A stretch of DNA of 64,000 nt. Source: Tubiluchus corallicola (taxonomy: Eukaryota; Animalia; Priapulida). The translations under genes and the position numbers were made by a program. This document shows, piece by piece, positions 51,079 to 63,900 of this stretch (position 1 is the stretch's first letter; every line of letters starts with the position of its first letter). The notes below the pieces were generated by a model, which was given only the letters and a program-made list of their open reading frames with translations, made no database searches and had not been told where the DNA came from. The stretch lies in the NCBI GenBank assembly GCA_030141605.1, contig JAQGDQ010000200.1:310001-374000 (forward strand), written 5' to 3'.

Positions 51079-54000
51079 AGTAGAATTAATATATACGATG
51101 TACATTGCACATCTTCCGTCAAACAGCACTTTTAAGCCCTACAGCAATCTCAACCCAACCATTAAAATACCCATAATTTAATATCGCCGAATGTGAAAAT
51201 CAGAATGTCATTGAAGTTTAAATGAACAAAACCACAATGGTTAAACTTGACATCAAGCTTGTTTGAAAGGAGAAATGGTGAAATAGTTTCGACAAAACTT
51301 GGATTTGAACCTGGGACATTTCGCTGATTCACGCGTACTTCGCAATGTTTGTAGCCAGTTTCTTCAGGAGCATTCCAAAGTTGCATTCCACATTTCTCTG
51401 TTTTGGTTTTTTAGCTCAACAGTTGGATAAAAAGTAAACAAGTCATTCTTATATGCCAACGCAATCACTCAAGATGTATTTAGATTTCTAGTTCTTTATT
51501 CTGCCTTTTTGCCGACTCACATTTAAAGATATTGCATTTGCTGCTCAGATAAAAACACTGCTAAAACATGACACTCTAAACTGCGGCTACGGCGACAGTG
51601 CACAATCTCCATTATTTATTAACTCGTTCCCTTTCAACTCTTTCTTGCTTGCACTCGTGTTACAACATCGAAGCCATTCAAAGCGAGTGCACGTAGGTTA
51701 TTTATTGCCACACTTTTATGCTTCACCTTGGCTAGCATTTTCTTAACCTTATGAAGCCAAGTAAAATTGTGAAACTTTATCAATAAAGGGGTGCAAATTT
51801 ACTGCAATTCCTTGCGAATGTCGCTTAGAATATTTCATGTTTTAAATAATTTATTTGCAACTTATGAGAAGTAGTGGGGATGTGTCATGTCCGGAGATAG
51901 GTGCAGTTGTGAGGCTCAAAGAGCTTCAGAAAGATCAGTTAGAATCTGCCTGCCTCTAATACATTGAACTAAAACTAGAAGGCGTCAATTCAACAGTTGG
52001 ATGCAGAAATACTGATGAGCAAACGCCCCACAGAAATTTCAAAGAACACTCCTATCCAGTCACAGAATTATTTAACAAAGAGCTTCGAAATTTCTTTTCC
52101 AATGTTGTATGTACTTCAGGATTACCTTTACATCCTGATAAGTGATATCTTTTGTTAAAGCCTTAATTTATTTTACTCGATATACCTTTTAAATGGGAAA
52201 TCACTTCATTACAATTCATCTAAAAGATACTGCAAACACTGTCACTTAGGTTTATTGCTTTTGCTATAGTTCTAATGTAAATAAGCCTCTAATTATGCCT
52301 CTAGTCTCTTTAATCAAGCTACTGGCGCACTCCTCCATCTTTGCTTCAAACAAACATCAATAAAACTCCATCAATGAATTGCAAATCATGTCTGAGACGC
52401 AGAGACGTGGTAATACACAGGTGACACAACTCACCTGTCCTTCGTTTCCTGTATTTCTTCTGCGCAAATCGATGTCTTTATATGGCAATGTGCTGAATTG
52501 TTTGTACACCTGTATACGTTCCGGGATTTCTTTGTGAATTTTTACAAGAACATGATCAATACCTCTCCAGGTAAATTATGCTCAGGTAGAACAGTATTAG
52601 CAGGTATCAATCGCAAAAATAAGGTTTCGTTACAACAGTATTGCGTTAGTGATTATAAAGCGCAAAAATTTAGTTCAGGTAAATTCAGTTACTATGGATT
52701 ATTGCACTTCTTGTCTTCAAAGGACCGCACGTTCAATTTAGGTTTAACAGCATAGTATCAGTTAAAAACGCTAAAAGGTTTCATCACATTATCTGTGTTA
52801 CTAAGTTTATTGAAAACGAGCCAGTAAACATAAGAGAATCACTCAGGGTCGGATTAACGCATAAGCAGACTAAGCACGTGCTTAAGGCACCGAAGCTCAG
52901 GGAGCACCAAGTTGCCAAGAAAAATAAATTGAAAACAGATAAAAATTTCAATAAAGCATATTAAAGACCGTAAAAGCTTTACATCGCTCAAAATGTGAGA
53001 TAGAGGGATCAAGAGGGCTACACAAGTATTATTAATTTTTTCTTGCTGTTGGCAGGCATCGTACTTTTTCTTGTAGCTGACTTGTTTAATTAAAATTTCA
53101 TGTTGAAGTCAATAAAGAATGCAAGTTGTACAAATCCTACATAAAGCAATGGTGTTTGTTTTATATAATTTGTGTCACATAATACGAATGCTTTGAGCCG
53201 CGAAATGTATATGCAGTGATAGAACCGGGCATCATGCAGGTGCTTGGTGAGCTTAGGGCACCAACACACCCTGATCCGGTCCTGAGTACCGCTCAAAATT
53301 CTCTGCGTCAAAGTATATCTTAGATAGACTTAGACATCTTAGATATTTTTACAATTAATCATCATGAGTTCTACTAACTTCGCCAGGCATTCTCCTACAA
53401 GTATAGATGGAAATAACTGTAGTAAAATGGCTACAGATTAGAGTGCATTAAATCAGAAAATTAATTAATCTGCCGGTCAAACACAAATTTTCCTTAGAAC
53501 AGATGTTTCTTTCTCACGATTTAGAGATTGCATTTAATTTGAACGAAAGAGTTGAATCACAGATAAAAACTTTGCGGGTGTTCTTTATTTTAGATATGTA
53601 CTGGAGAAAGAACTACATTAGTAATTCAGCCCTTAAAATGAGCATAAGTCGGCAGAGTCTGATACTTGACTAAACTGTTTTATTTCGCAGGTACATCTGA
53701 ATTTAAGAAAAGTCAGCAGTCGTACTTAGCATACTTTCTAGCTATAACTTGTAAGCTTATAAAAATTCTGTTTTCTGTGGATGAATATTTACCATTTACG
53801 ATTTCATTTTCTAACTGAAGTGGCCATTTGCTTTGCCTGTGGTGAACTGTTTAAAAAAGTACACGACCAGTCGCTGAGCTGCAGGCGAGAAGATATTTTG
53901 CTTTAGACTCAAAGAGACCATTTAAACTTTAAGGTTTAAAGTACTAATAATTTAGAAACCAATTATATAAGCGTGCAGGATTAGGTACAAAGACTGAGTT

Positions 54001-57000
54001 ACCATTATTCTTGCATCGTGTCACAAAATGTGTAATTCATTTCAGAGACAGTAATACTTAATTAAATTGATATCTTTCACCTATTGACTAGTGAGTGACT
54101 CCAACAAAACACGATCGAGCAAAGTTATGGCTTTATTGAGGCACAATTCACGGAAAATCAATTCCATTTATATTTCGTTGACGTATTTAGCATCAGAATT
54201 CTGCAGGTGTAAACATAGTATCATTTACAGCGAAATTGCGTGATACCAAAGTGTCACACGGTATATACTTATTGCTGTACAATTTTACACGTTTTCCAGG
54301 AGCGAGTCAAGTAGGATGCATCCACAAATGGTGCTTTGTTTGCGGTAACTCCAATGTACAGGGCGTCGCAATAATTTTCTTGTAAACTTTTTCTCCAATT
54401 TCGACAAGGCAATTCTTTTTATTATTGTATGACTGGAACCCCGTTGCTATGGCGATGACACTAATGTTAGAGATGAGGTGCAAAATCAGCCCGGCGTGAG
54501 GGCCTTTGATCTCCGACTGAATTCAAAACACAACACGGACTAAACAATCTCTCACTACTAACAATGTAGTTTCTCCGAGAAGGTGCAACTCATGGGTAGT
54601 ACAAGATGCCCGACTTGCGACTGGATTGGTCTCTCAAGCTCTTGAGGTCCCTGAAAATGGTAGTAAAATTAGCAAATCCTACTAGTGCAGTAGTTCTTTT
54701 CAGATTTTTGTCTCATTGAACTAAAATAATTGCCCAAGGTTTTAGTTCATTTGTACCAATTTTCAAGCATTTACTTTGATTGTTAAGAAATATAGAAAAT
54801 GTAAAGTGTATAGTGGCTTATGAGACACCCTGTATTTAAAATAAAATACAGTTACGGTTTTAGTTAGAGTTTAAGAAGCACACTCCTTATTTGCATTTTA
54901 AACGAGAACTAGAGCTATGCCTAGCAGTTAAGAATAAAAAACACTTCCATAGAGAAATGGTCTGCGCTCAGAGTAGCAAACTTTCTAAAAACCGTTTAAA
55001 AGATGTAAATAATCATTTATCTTGCAACAGGCATCTGTAAGTAGCCTTGGCTCTTTGTGTTTTTACCAGTAATCTTATAGTTAGTCTTTTTTTCTGTAAA
55101 ATTTTGTTCTATGCTGTATATACGTTTTATATACTGACTTCATATTTTATACTCTCTTATAACTATTTTTAATATTTTTTAAATAAATATTAGGTATTAA
55201 ACAGAAATAATAAATATCATGGTAGATTTTAATGTGGATCCAACTGCTTGTTTGCAAAATTGTTTTTTTTTTCATTTAAAGGCATTATTTACAGGTGCAT
55301 GTTGGACATGCATTACTTTTTAAGCAGTTTTATAAAAAAAAACTAGACGTTGTTGACTATCCTAATACCTTGCTACCTTATAAAACCTTTTAAATGCGTA
55401 TGTACGTAGATGAATGGTGAGCCTGCAATGTCACGTTTTTTGTAGTAACATTTTGTCTTATAGTAAGGCTCCGTCCAAACTGTTAAAATATCTTGCAAAA
55501 ACATACAAAAGCTTAAAGGATATTAAAATACAGCAAACTGCTGTTATGAAACCCCTATTTGTTTAAGTTCGTATGATAATATGATATAGGGGCTGTAGCC
55601 TGTGATATCAAAATTAAAACTGTGGGCCTAATATTCAAAATTTAAATTACATTTTACCTGGCGAACCAGTATAACATAACCAAGCCTATAGAGACAGAGA
55701 ACGGAAAGAAACATATCAGAGATTCATTATCAAGAAAACCTGACTTATGTAACAAATTCGTTCAGAGAATAGGCACTTCAAAATCAATAAAAAACAAACT
55801 AATGCCAATTAGGCTTGTCTTTTCGTCACTAATGATTTCATAATTCACTGCCTGATTGCTCTCCTAGGAGCAATTCGTCTTGCTTTATGGTGTAACTTTG
55901 ACAGTACAGCGACATATTTTGTGTTAGTTTTATGAGTATACTATTCTAACGTATCAACTACTATAGTAACTTCTAGCAAAGAAATTTTTTGAAAGCATTA
56001 TAATACGTTTGCTGCTGTTTCCTATAGTTTGTGAAAGAATTGTGTCTTACCTCCATAAAGTGCAAAAGTTTGTCTTAGTTCACTTAGTGCCGTCATCAAT
56101 ATGGATACGGATACATATACACCATAAATGGCTGTTATTAATTTCCATCTACATAATTGAAATCTCGCAGGACACGTTTCTCAATATTTGACAGAAATTT
56201 GATTTTCTGCTTCGCGCAGATTTGTCTTAGATCTCTAATAATATCATCAGAATTTCCAAAGCGACACCAACGAGGAAATACTAAACAAACAACTAGACAA
56301 GCAGACCTCAAGGTATCCGCACCATCATTAATGAAAAATTCTGATGCATATTGGTGAAAACCCTGTCAAATTACATTATATAACTGATCACGCGTCTTTG
56401 TTTATTTGCTTCTACGGACTTGACAGTCACTCTTGATTTCAGCGCTTTCAGGTCGAAAAATAAAATGAGCAGAATATGTCAAAAACAATCATTTTTACGT
56501 CAAATGCGACTAAATTACATGTTTTGATTATTTTCAAGATACAGTGATAATACAAATTGACAGTAGCCCATTCGCTTTGACTTTTGACCTTTTAATTTTA
56601 GATATGGCAAAGTTTCCATGCTGTTTTGCTCATTTTGTACATTTCTAGCTGGTGCCTCTCAAGTTTGACTGCATTTCAGACACTTATAAGCTACGTCTGT
56701 CGTAGACAAATGGGTAAACGGAGTTAGAGACAGACACATCTTGTGTCTCCGTTATAAATCATTTCATTTTTTTGCTGTTTCAGCTACTTGGGTTGGAGGT
56801 GGTTACATTAACGGAGCAGCAGAAGTTGTCTACACGTCTGGGATTGTTGCGTGTCAAGCTCCTATTGGCTATTCAGTCAGTCTCCTACTTGGTAAATTTG
56901 TAATCATTCTCGATCAACACTTTCTCAAAAAGTTGTATAGATGAATTACTTGTTACCACCAAGTTACCAACTTATCAATAAATAATTACCGACTCGCTTA

Positions 57001-60000
57001 CCGACCGATAACCTGACTTTGAACTGCCTGACTAGTACCTCGTTAACCCACTAACAGACTGGCTGATTGACTTTTTAGCTGGTTAAGAAAATATATAAGC
57101 CTTAAATATGCCTTAATTTTCAGGTGGCTGCTTATTTGCAAATAAAATGCGAAGTAAAGGCTACGTCACCATGCTGGATCCGTTTCAACGAAAATATGGG
57201 GAGAGGATGGGAGGGTTACTCTTCCTACCCGCTTTACTGGGCGAAGTCTTTTGGTCTGCTGCAATATTAGCTGCTCTTGGTGAGTATTATCCTAAAGTTC
57301 TTTATTTGTATTCCACCTTTTTGCTATATTTGCATATTCTTTCTATACAATTTTGTATTATTTTCCTCTTTCTATCTCTCCCTCGCTCTCTCTCCGCTCT
57401 TTCTCACACACACACATACCTTTTGTCTCGCGCTTTACTGCTTCTGTGTTTGATTAGACACAATAACCAACTCTTTTTCTTGTGCTGGTTGGAATGAATT
57501 GAGGTAATAACAGTAAGACCAAAGAAACAAACAGAACGTTATATAACGAGAACGCCTGCGACATACTGCTTCACCATTCTCCTTTTCTCTCTGTGACATT
57601 ATCTTTCTCTCAATACACAATGAAAACGTTCTTTTTTTCTTTCTTCTCATATTTTTTCATCATTTTGTTGCTTTCTTATTAACTAAGTTAATATGTCGCA
57701 GGAGTTCTCGTCATATAATGTCTTTTTGTTTTTTATTCTTACTGTTATTAGCTCAATTCATCTCTCTACCAGTACTCTGAGAAAAAGAGTTAGTTATTGT
57801 GCCTAGTGGGCATGATTAACTGATTGTTCATTCTAGGGTTGAATGTCCTTCAGGAAATCTTGTAGAAGATCATGATGACAAACATTTTAATAGTTGAGCA
57901 TATCATACATCGATTCTTATATTTCAGGTGCCACAATAAGTGTGATAATGGATCTGCCTGAAACTGTGTCCATTGTTATATCTGCGTTGATCGCAATTTT
58001 CTATACGTTGTTTGGAGGACTTTATTCTGTTGCTTACACAGACGTGGTGCAACTATTCTGTATATTTATCGGTTTGGTAAGTCTCCCCTTCCCTCCACCT
58101 GTTCCCCCTCTCTCTTTCTCTCTCTCGCTCTCTCTCTCTCTTTCTCTTTCACTCTTTCTCTATCTCTCTGTTCCTTATTTTATTTCTCTTAATTTCTTAT
58201 CCATTACACAGACGTGGTGCAACGGCAGCTATTTTGTATAATCTGTATATTTGTTGGTTTGGTAAGTTTCCATTTCTCCCCTCCTTTCCTTCCCTCTCTC
58301 TCCCTCTGCTTCTCTCCCTTTCTCTTCTGTCTCTCTACCTCTTTTTCTCCCTCTCTCTCTCAATTCTTTTTCTTATTTTTCTGAGTCTCTTTCGCTTTTT
58401 AATTCGTTTTCACTTCCTTCTTTTTTCGCCAAACCTTGCTCGTTTTAGATTTCTATTTTTCTTTCTACTCCTCTCGCTTCTTTTCCTATTTTTACCCTTT
58501 TATCTCAGTATGTTAATCTGTAAAATGTAATAGAAAATATTATGTGTGCTTCATCATCAGAGAATACTGTATTCCATACAGCTGCTTTGGCATTAAATGA
58601 CGATGCTTTCCATGATGGTTTTTTCAAAGCAAAAAAAATAATGATTATTTTAATCATTTGTTCTTGCACTGCATTTGCGGCGCAACTGTGCAATAACACG
58701 TTTCTTTTCTTAAGATCTTAAAAACTGATCAGTATTATTCCTTTTGTTCCAGTGGTTGTGTGTTCCGTTCGCCATGACTCACCCAGCTGTAGAACCCCTC
58801 AGCAACACTACGTCTTTGTGGATAGGCACTATAGCCAAAGAAGATACCTGGGTTTATTTGGATCAGTTTCTTTTACTCATCTTTGGTGGCATTCCATGGC
58901 AGGTACATACACATTTTATACTGTAAAACATATGCACTCTGGAACAGTCATTTAGTTTACTTTGACGCTTTGCGTAATTAGCTTATGTCTGTTCCGCTAA
59001 TTAGTGATGGTTTATTAGCCATAACAAAATGTCATTGTAAACTAGTTCAAAGCGAATTTTTAATGCATTCTAAAAAATTAAATAACATCATAAATTACAA
59101 ATAGGCAATATGAAGACATAAGACAGGAATAATATGAACCGCATCTTGGAAAACTGCCAAGGAATGAATATGTTACTATGAATTACTTACTGATTGTTGT
59201 TGGCAACATTCCAACAAGGACGTTAAAGAAAATACATTTCTTGTTGGAGTAAAATACGTTACTAAAAGCCTATTCATTGTAGTTTTTTGGTGCTTTTCCA
59301 CCATACCAGAATCTTGTCCTTGTGCCCTGGTGAAATTGGAGGTCATTCAGTATGTATTTAAATAAAAAGAGTTAGTTTTTTAACCCCACGGCACAAGTGG
59401 GATAATCGTGGATATGTGGATACGTACACGTATGTTCATATGTGACTTACAATATGTTTTACCGCCGATTTTTTAGGTTTATTTTCAACGAGTCTTGTCT
59501 GCCAAAAGCCCAGCTCGCGCTCAAGCTCTGTCCTACATTGCTGCCCTCGGTTGCATCATTATGGCTGTACCGCCAGCGTTCATTGGTGCCATTGCAGCAT
59601 CTACAGGTACAGTCAAAATTTAAAACCATAACTACCTAATCAGTAACCATTAATTAAAATCATTTTAATAAAAAACTGTTCTGTATAAAACACAATTATG
59701 GGTTTATAATGAGGCAGATAACCTTAAAGGCGCCTATTATTTTTAAAATAATTTATGCCACGTTGTCGGTTAAATTAATTAACGTCCTGTGCCAGCAGCT
59801 TTGCTATGTTGAATAACAAAGTGTAGAACACTAATCTCTGATACATTCGCACATTGTCTTATGTATGCGATAGATTGAGAACTAAAGGCTGCTTTCATTT
59901 CAGATTGGAACCAGACAAAATATGGTCATGTCCCTGAGAACCCAGAACTGATTCTCCCTATAGTATTACAATATCTCACCCCAGTGTGGGTATCGTTCAT

Positions 60001-60986
60001 TGGCTTAGGCGCTGTTTCGGCTGCTGTGATGTCATCGTCTGATTCTTCCATATTAGGAGCTAGTTCCATGTTTGCACGCAACATATATAAACTTATTTTT
60101 AGGCAAAATGTAAGTAAATATGTCCGCAATTTGAAATTTTCCAGACGTTGCTTAAGAAAATTTCTTGAAATCACTGATAGTATTGTGAAAGATTTTTCCT
60201 CGAGGCTTGATACATAGTTTACATGTGTTTGATGTTTTATCATAAGACCTTTACAACTGAGCTGACAAAATAATTTATGTTATAGTTGTTGTTGTCCTTG
60301 TCTAATAGTTCTTTTCTCACCGTTTCTAGGCATCAGAAAAAGAAATTTTGTGGGTGATGAGATTTGGCATTTTTGGTGTGGGTGCCATGGCAACGGCGAT
60401 GGGGATCACCATCAAGACTATTTACGGTCTTTGGTTTCTCTGTGCTGATTTAGTGTACGTCATTCTCTTTCCTCAGTTGCTTGCGGTCATCTACATGGAC
60501 TTCTCAAATACGTATGGCTCATTGTTAGCATACATCGTTGGTATGCTTCTTCGTATTGGAGGAGGGGAACCAATCATTCATCTGAAGCCATTCATTGAGT
60601 ATCCCGGTTACGAAAAAGGAAAACAGGTGTTCCCGTTTCGGACTCTGTCCATGTTGATGACGCTGACCACGACCGTGTTGGTCTCGCTACTGACTAAACA
60701 CTTGTTTGAATCCGGGTCACTAGCGCCCAAGTGGGACATATTCCACTGCGTGACGAACATTCCAGAGGACAAGATAGAAATAGGTAATGTGGAAAGTAGT
60801 AACGAGCTCACGGTCATGAATACCAAGATGGCGCCAACGTACGAGGCGACCACAGAGGATCCGCAGGTTCTCTTAAATGGGAAGTTAAACCCGGCGCTCG
60901 ATCTCTCCAGAGAGGATCTGTTGAAGTCGAATAACACTCCTCCCCCGCCATACAATAGTTTGAGAGATCCGCCGATAACCCATTAG
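48976..60986 (+). CDS. SLC5A7: High-affinity choline transporter 1-like, paralog copy 2 (8 coding exons, 575 aa)
   Basis: Manually spliced exons 48976-49147, 56784-56891, 57124-57279, 57928-58076, 58753-58902, 59477-59606, 59904-60109, 60330-60986. All introns are GT..AG; total 1728 nt with an open frame. Motifs [58 protein letters not shown] closely follow canonical CHT1. Confidence 0.96.
50926..51093 (-). mobile_element. Inverted partial copy of the internal part of the 1541-2203 element
   Basis: Reverse complement matches 1644-1811; an 83-nt core differs at 1 position; includes the (TA)n tract. Confidence 0.85.
52844..53284. mobile_element. hAT-like MITE in intron 1 of copy 2
   Basis: Ends CAGGGTCGGATTA and (reverse complement) CAGGACCGGATCA, with subterminal GCTTA(A/G)GGCACC motifs near both ends. 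TSD not evident. Confidence 0.6.
54359..54832 (-). mobile_element. Possible internally deleted Tc1/mariner element
   Basis: TA-CAGGGCGTCGCA...TGAGACACCCTG-TA imperfect TIRs. A minus frame [33 protein letters not shown] loosely resembles the N-terminal HTH region of Tc1 transposases. Confidence 0.45.
56784..56891 (+). CDS. SLC5A7: Copy 2 coding exon 2 (108 nt)
   Basis: tttcag|CT; [36 protein letters not shown]; donor G|gtaaat. Confidence 0.94.
57124..57279 (+). CDS. SLC5A7: Copy 2 coding exon 3 (156 nt)
   Basis: tttcag|GT; [22 protein letters not shown]...[13 protein letters not shown]; donor G|gtgagt. Confidence 0.94.
57453..57807. repeat. Long imperfect inverted repeat in intron 3 of copy 2
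   Basis: Arms 57453-57565 and 57692-57807 align as reverse complements over about 115 nt. Confidence 0.9.
57928..58076 (+). CDS. SLC5A7: Copy 2 coding exon 4 (149 nt)
   Basis: tttcag|GT; [10 protein letters not shown]...[21 protein letters not shown]; donor |gtaagt. Confidence 0.94.
58204..58267 (+). repeat. Intronic duplicate of the 3' end of exon 4 and its donor site (copy 2)
   Basis: TTACACAGACGTGGTGCAAC...TCTGTATATTTGTTGGTTTG|GTAAGT repeats 58034-58082; both copies are followed by CT-rich tracts. Confidence 0.9.
58753..58902 (+). CDS. SLC5A7: Copy 2 coding exon 5 (150 nt)
   Basis: ttccag|TGG; [13 protein letters not shown]...[11 protein letters not shown]; donor CAG|gtacat. Confidence 0.94.
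59477..59606 (+). CDS. SLC5A7: Copy 2 coding exon 6 (130 nt)
   Basis: ttttag|GTT; [16 protein letters not shown]...IGAIAAST; donor G|gtacag. Confidence 0.94.
59904..60109 (+). CDS. SLC5A7: Copy 2 coding exon 7 (206 nt)
   Basis: tttcag|AT; DWNQTKYG...LQYLTP...[17 protein letters not shown]; donor |gtaagt. Confidence 0.94.
60330..60986 (+). CDS. SLC5A7: Copy 2 terminal coding exon
   Basis: ttctag|GCA; [13 protein letters not shown]...[11 protein letters not shown]...DPPITH*; TAG at 60984-60986. Confidence 0.94.
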   Translation, partial: ASEKEILWVMRFGIFGVGAMATAMGITIKTIYGLWFLCADLVYVILFPQLLAVIYMDFSNTYGSLLAYIVGMLLRIGGGEPIIHLKPFIEYPGYEKGKQVFPFRTLSMLMTLTTTVLVSLLTKHLFESGSLAPKWDIFHCVTNIPEDKIEIGNVESSNELTVMNTKMAPTYEATTEDPQVLLNGKLNPALDLSREDLLKSNNTPPPPYNSLRDPPITH

Positions 60987-63900
60987 CAGAGTATAAATAG
61001 CCAGAAACTAGCCAATCAGAGTGTAGATATTGTTTATTTTGTTATTATTTGTTTGACTAGTCGTTATAATTATTGAGTGAGTTTGGTATTAGATAGCTGG
61101 GCATAACGCAGCTTTAAAAAATGCAAGTGTTTGACTTCTGGTCCCAAAATATTAGTAAAATATTGCATGTTTAGAATATAAAAAAAATTATAAGGGACCA
61201 TCACGTTATATAAATTAGCAATTTTTTTGAGGAATGGATAAAAACATGCTAAGTGCAGAGACGTAACCATGTTCATGAATTGTTTAAAAATAGATCTACG
61301 TATATAAGATATATTTTGTTGCGGTATGACTAATACCTATCAGATTCGTACTGCAAGTAAAGACGCCTAAGTTGTTGTTTCCACTCCAGTTAATCAAATG
61401 ACTTTCCCAAAAACTACGCAAACATTTTTATACACTTAATGTAATCCGTCCCGCAGTATCAGAAAGACCTAACAGAGCAAATAATTTAGTGACAAATTGT
61501 GTTCCGTCGTTTTGCAAAATAACTCAAAACCTTTCCAACAACCTCTTTTTAGGTTACATATTCAGTGAAGAGAGAATCTATGCTCTCTGTTAGCCGTGAC
61601 TAATGGCTTCTTACAAACGTAAAAAAGCCTTCTTTGTCATGCACATGAAGCACTTTTCTTTTGATTAGCCATTGAAATAGGAGACTTACCTTCATGAAAG
61701 ACCTTTGTCGAATGACATAGGCTTTTTAGAATACCTGTCGAGCTTACCTACCTGCATGTTTGTCACAGGAAAAAGAATAATTTGCACTAAACACCTGTGA
61801 ATATGATAATAGTTATCGCATTGTTTACTACAGGCTACAAGTTGTAAGCACGTAGGTAGTTTCTGAGGATAGAAAAATATGTGTGGAGGAAGCTTATTCC
61901 TACTGCACAAGGTCCCATATACCAAATATATGCTGTCATGAATTTACGTAACTATAAAGTAAGCTTTATTTACGTATTATGTACATAAATAAATAGCAGC
62001 TAATTATGATATAATAAGTAATAATTATAATTAATATATTAACACGTTATTTAGAATGAATGATTATATTGTTTATAATATTTTAAAAGATAAATGTTGA
62101 GAGACCATAAATGTAATTTTGGCCTCATCTCTACAGACTACAGAATGCCTTTCATTTAGTAGAACAGTATAGTTAAAGACGTCACATTTTTATAGCAGTG
62201 TGATAGTATGGCTTCATATAGGAACGTAGTGTTACTGTTTTAGAAGCTAGGCTAATTAGATAGAAGCTGCAGCTTATCTTAGTGTAGTTGTGAGTGTTCA
62301 CGATGTCGCTTTTATGTGTTGTACAAAGTTGTTAATTTTTGCCGTAATTACACTATTTAACCATAACCTGCTATATGTTTTTGAAATATTTTCTAGTTTA
62401 GAAATATATGACGAAATTGACATAGCGCAACCCGTTTACCAAAAAGTAAGTTTGAAAATATGATTTATACTTACTACTGTCGTTTTGGTGTTTAAGACTA
62501 ATTAAAGTCAAAATCCTCAAATACATTAGGTGTACACTAGAATATTGTATAAGATCGAATTTATCTCTATAAAGAAATTCTGTAAAACATTCCACCTGGA
62601 GCACTAACACACAACCAACTCTGGTCATCCAGTTTCACAATGCAGTTGTCCAGTGAAACTTATTTATAGCAACACTTGGTTGTCGTTTGACCAAAATCAC
62701 AAAACCCACTTACCTTATTTACACAACTGTTTTTTTTTCAAATACCAATTTAAACGTGCATACATGCTGCACAGACGATTTTAATTGATTTCACATCATG
62801 ATTATGGTTTTAAAAAACTTTAAGAAAATTGCTCATCAGAAGTTTGTTTTGACTAATTAAAAGTAGATTACAGTTGTTTTCTTTTTGAAGTATAGTTGGT
62901 CTGTCAAAATTAGTGACGGAGAACAAAATGCCACGTGAGAAAAACGTGATAACTTTCTTAGTTTCTGCGCTCATGTATCTCTTGGAATTAATTGCGTTGC
63001 TAACTTATTTACTTTAGTATTTCTGTTTATCACAAAGCGGGACCTAAAATGTTCATTCATTAGAGAAAAACAAATTTAAATGTATTGAATTTGTCGGGCA
63101 AAAGGGGGGAAAAACTTACAAAAACGTTGATGTAAATATCCTGTATGTAAAATTACTAGGTGTCTCTTGTACTGTGACGTCCAGCACCTTTTGCGCACAT
63201 TAGTGACGCCACTGATAATTATTAAGGCCTATGCTTTTTTGTTTCTCTGAATTAACTGTTAAAAATTCTAAATGTGCAATTTTGAATCCACGAATGTTTT
63301 TGGAGCTGCAGCAAACAGTTTTTGTGAGCTTATAAACAGAATCTTATTCTTTATAATAGTTAACTCAGATACAAATGTTAAATAGGCCTAAGCAGACCTA
63401 AAGTCCCTAAACATTCGTGTGGACAAAACGTGTAGGTATAGCCAAACATGCAACGGTTATTTGGCATCAATAATTAGAGTATGTTTGGGAAATAACTGAT
63501 CGAATTACCATTCAAAGAAGGCATTTTAGGTTACTAACACTAACACTTGTCAAATTTACTATTGTTGCTACGGTTTTGTAATGTAATTACGGTAATCGTA
63601 TTCATAGACCTAACAAGGCATTTTTGCTTGATGTAACTATAGTTTTAATAATAATGTTGAGTGGTTGCGTGTAACTGTGTATTTTAAGTAACGTTGCCAA
63701 GAAAATAGCTCCTTGTGATATTTGTGTTACTATGATTCAAAGAGTTTGCTAAGCACAAATGTTAAATTTTTGACGAAAGCTATATAAATGGTTGAATGCA
63801 TGTCGATAGATTTTATCAAATTTAACTTATTTGTGTTACAATGATATAAATCGCTACTATTGACTTAGATTGTTCACAGAATGCATGAGAATTACGCTCC

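Noticed and set aside
60608-60955. 115-aa antisense ORF over the last exon of copy 2
   Set aside because: Antisense shadow of a real coding exon; no independent support.
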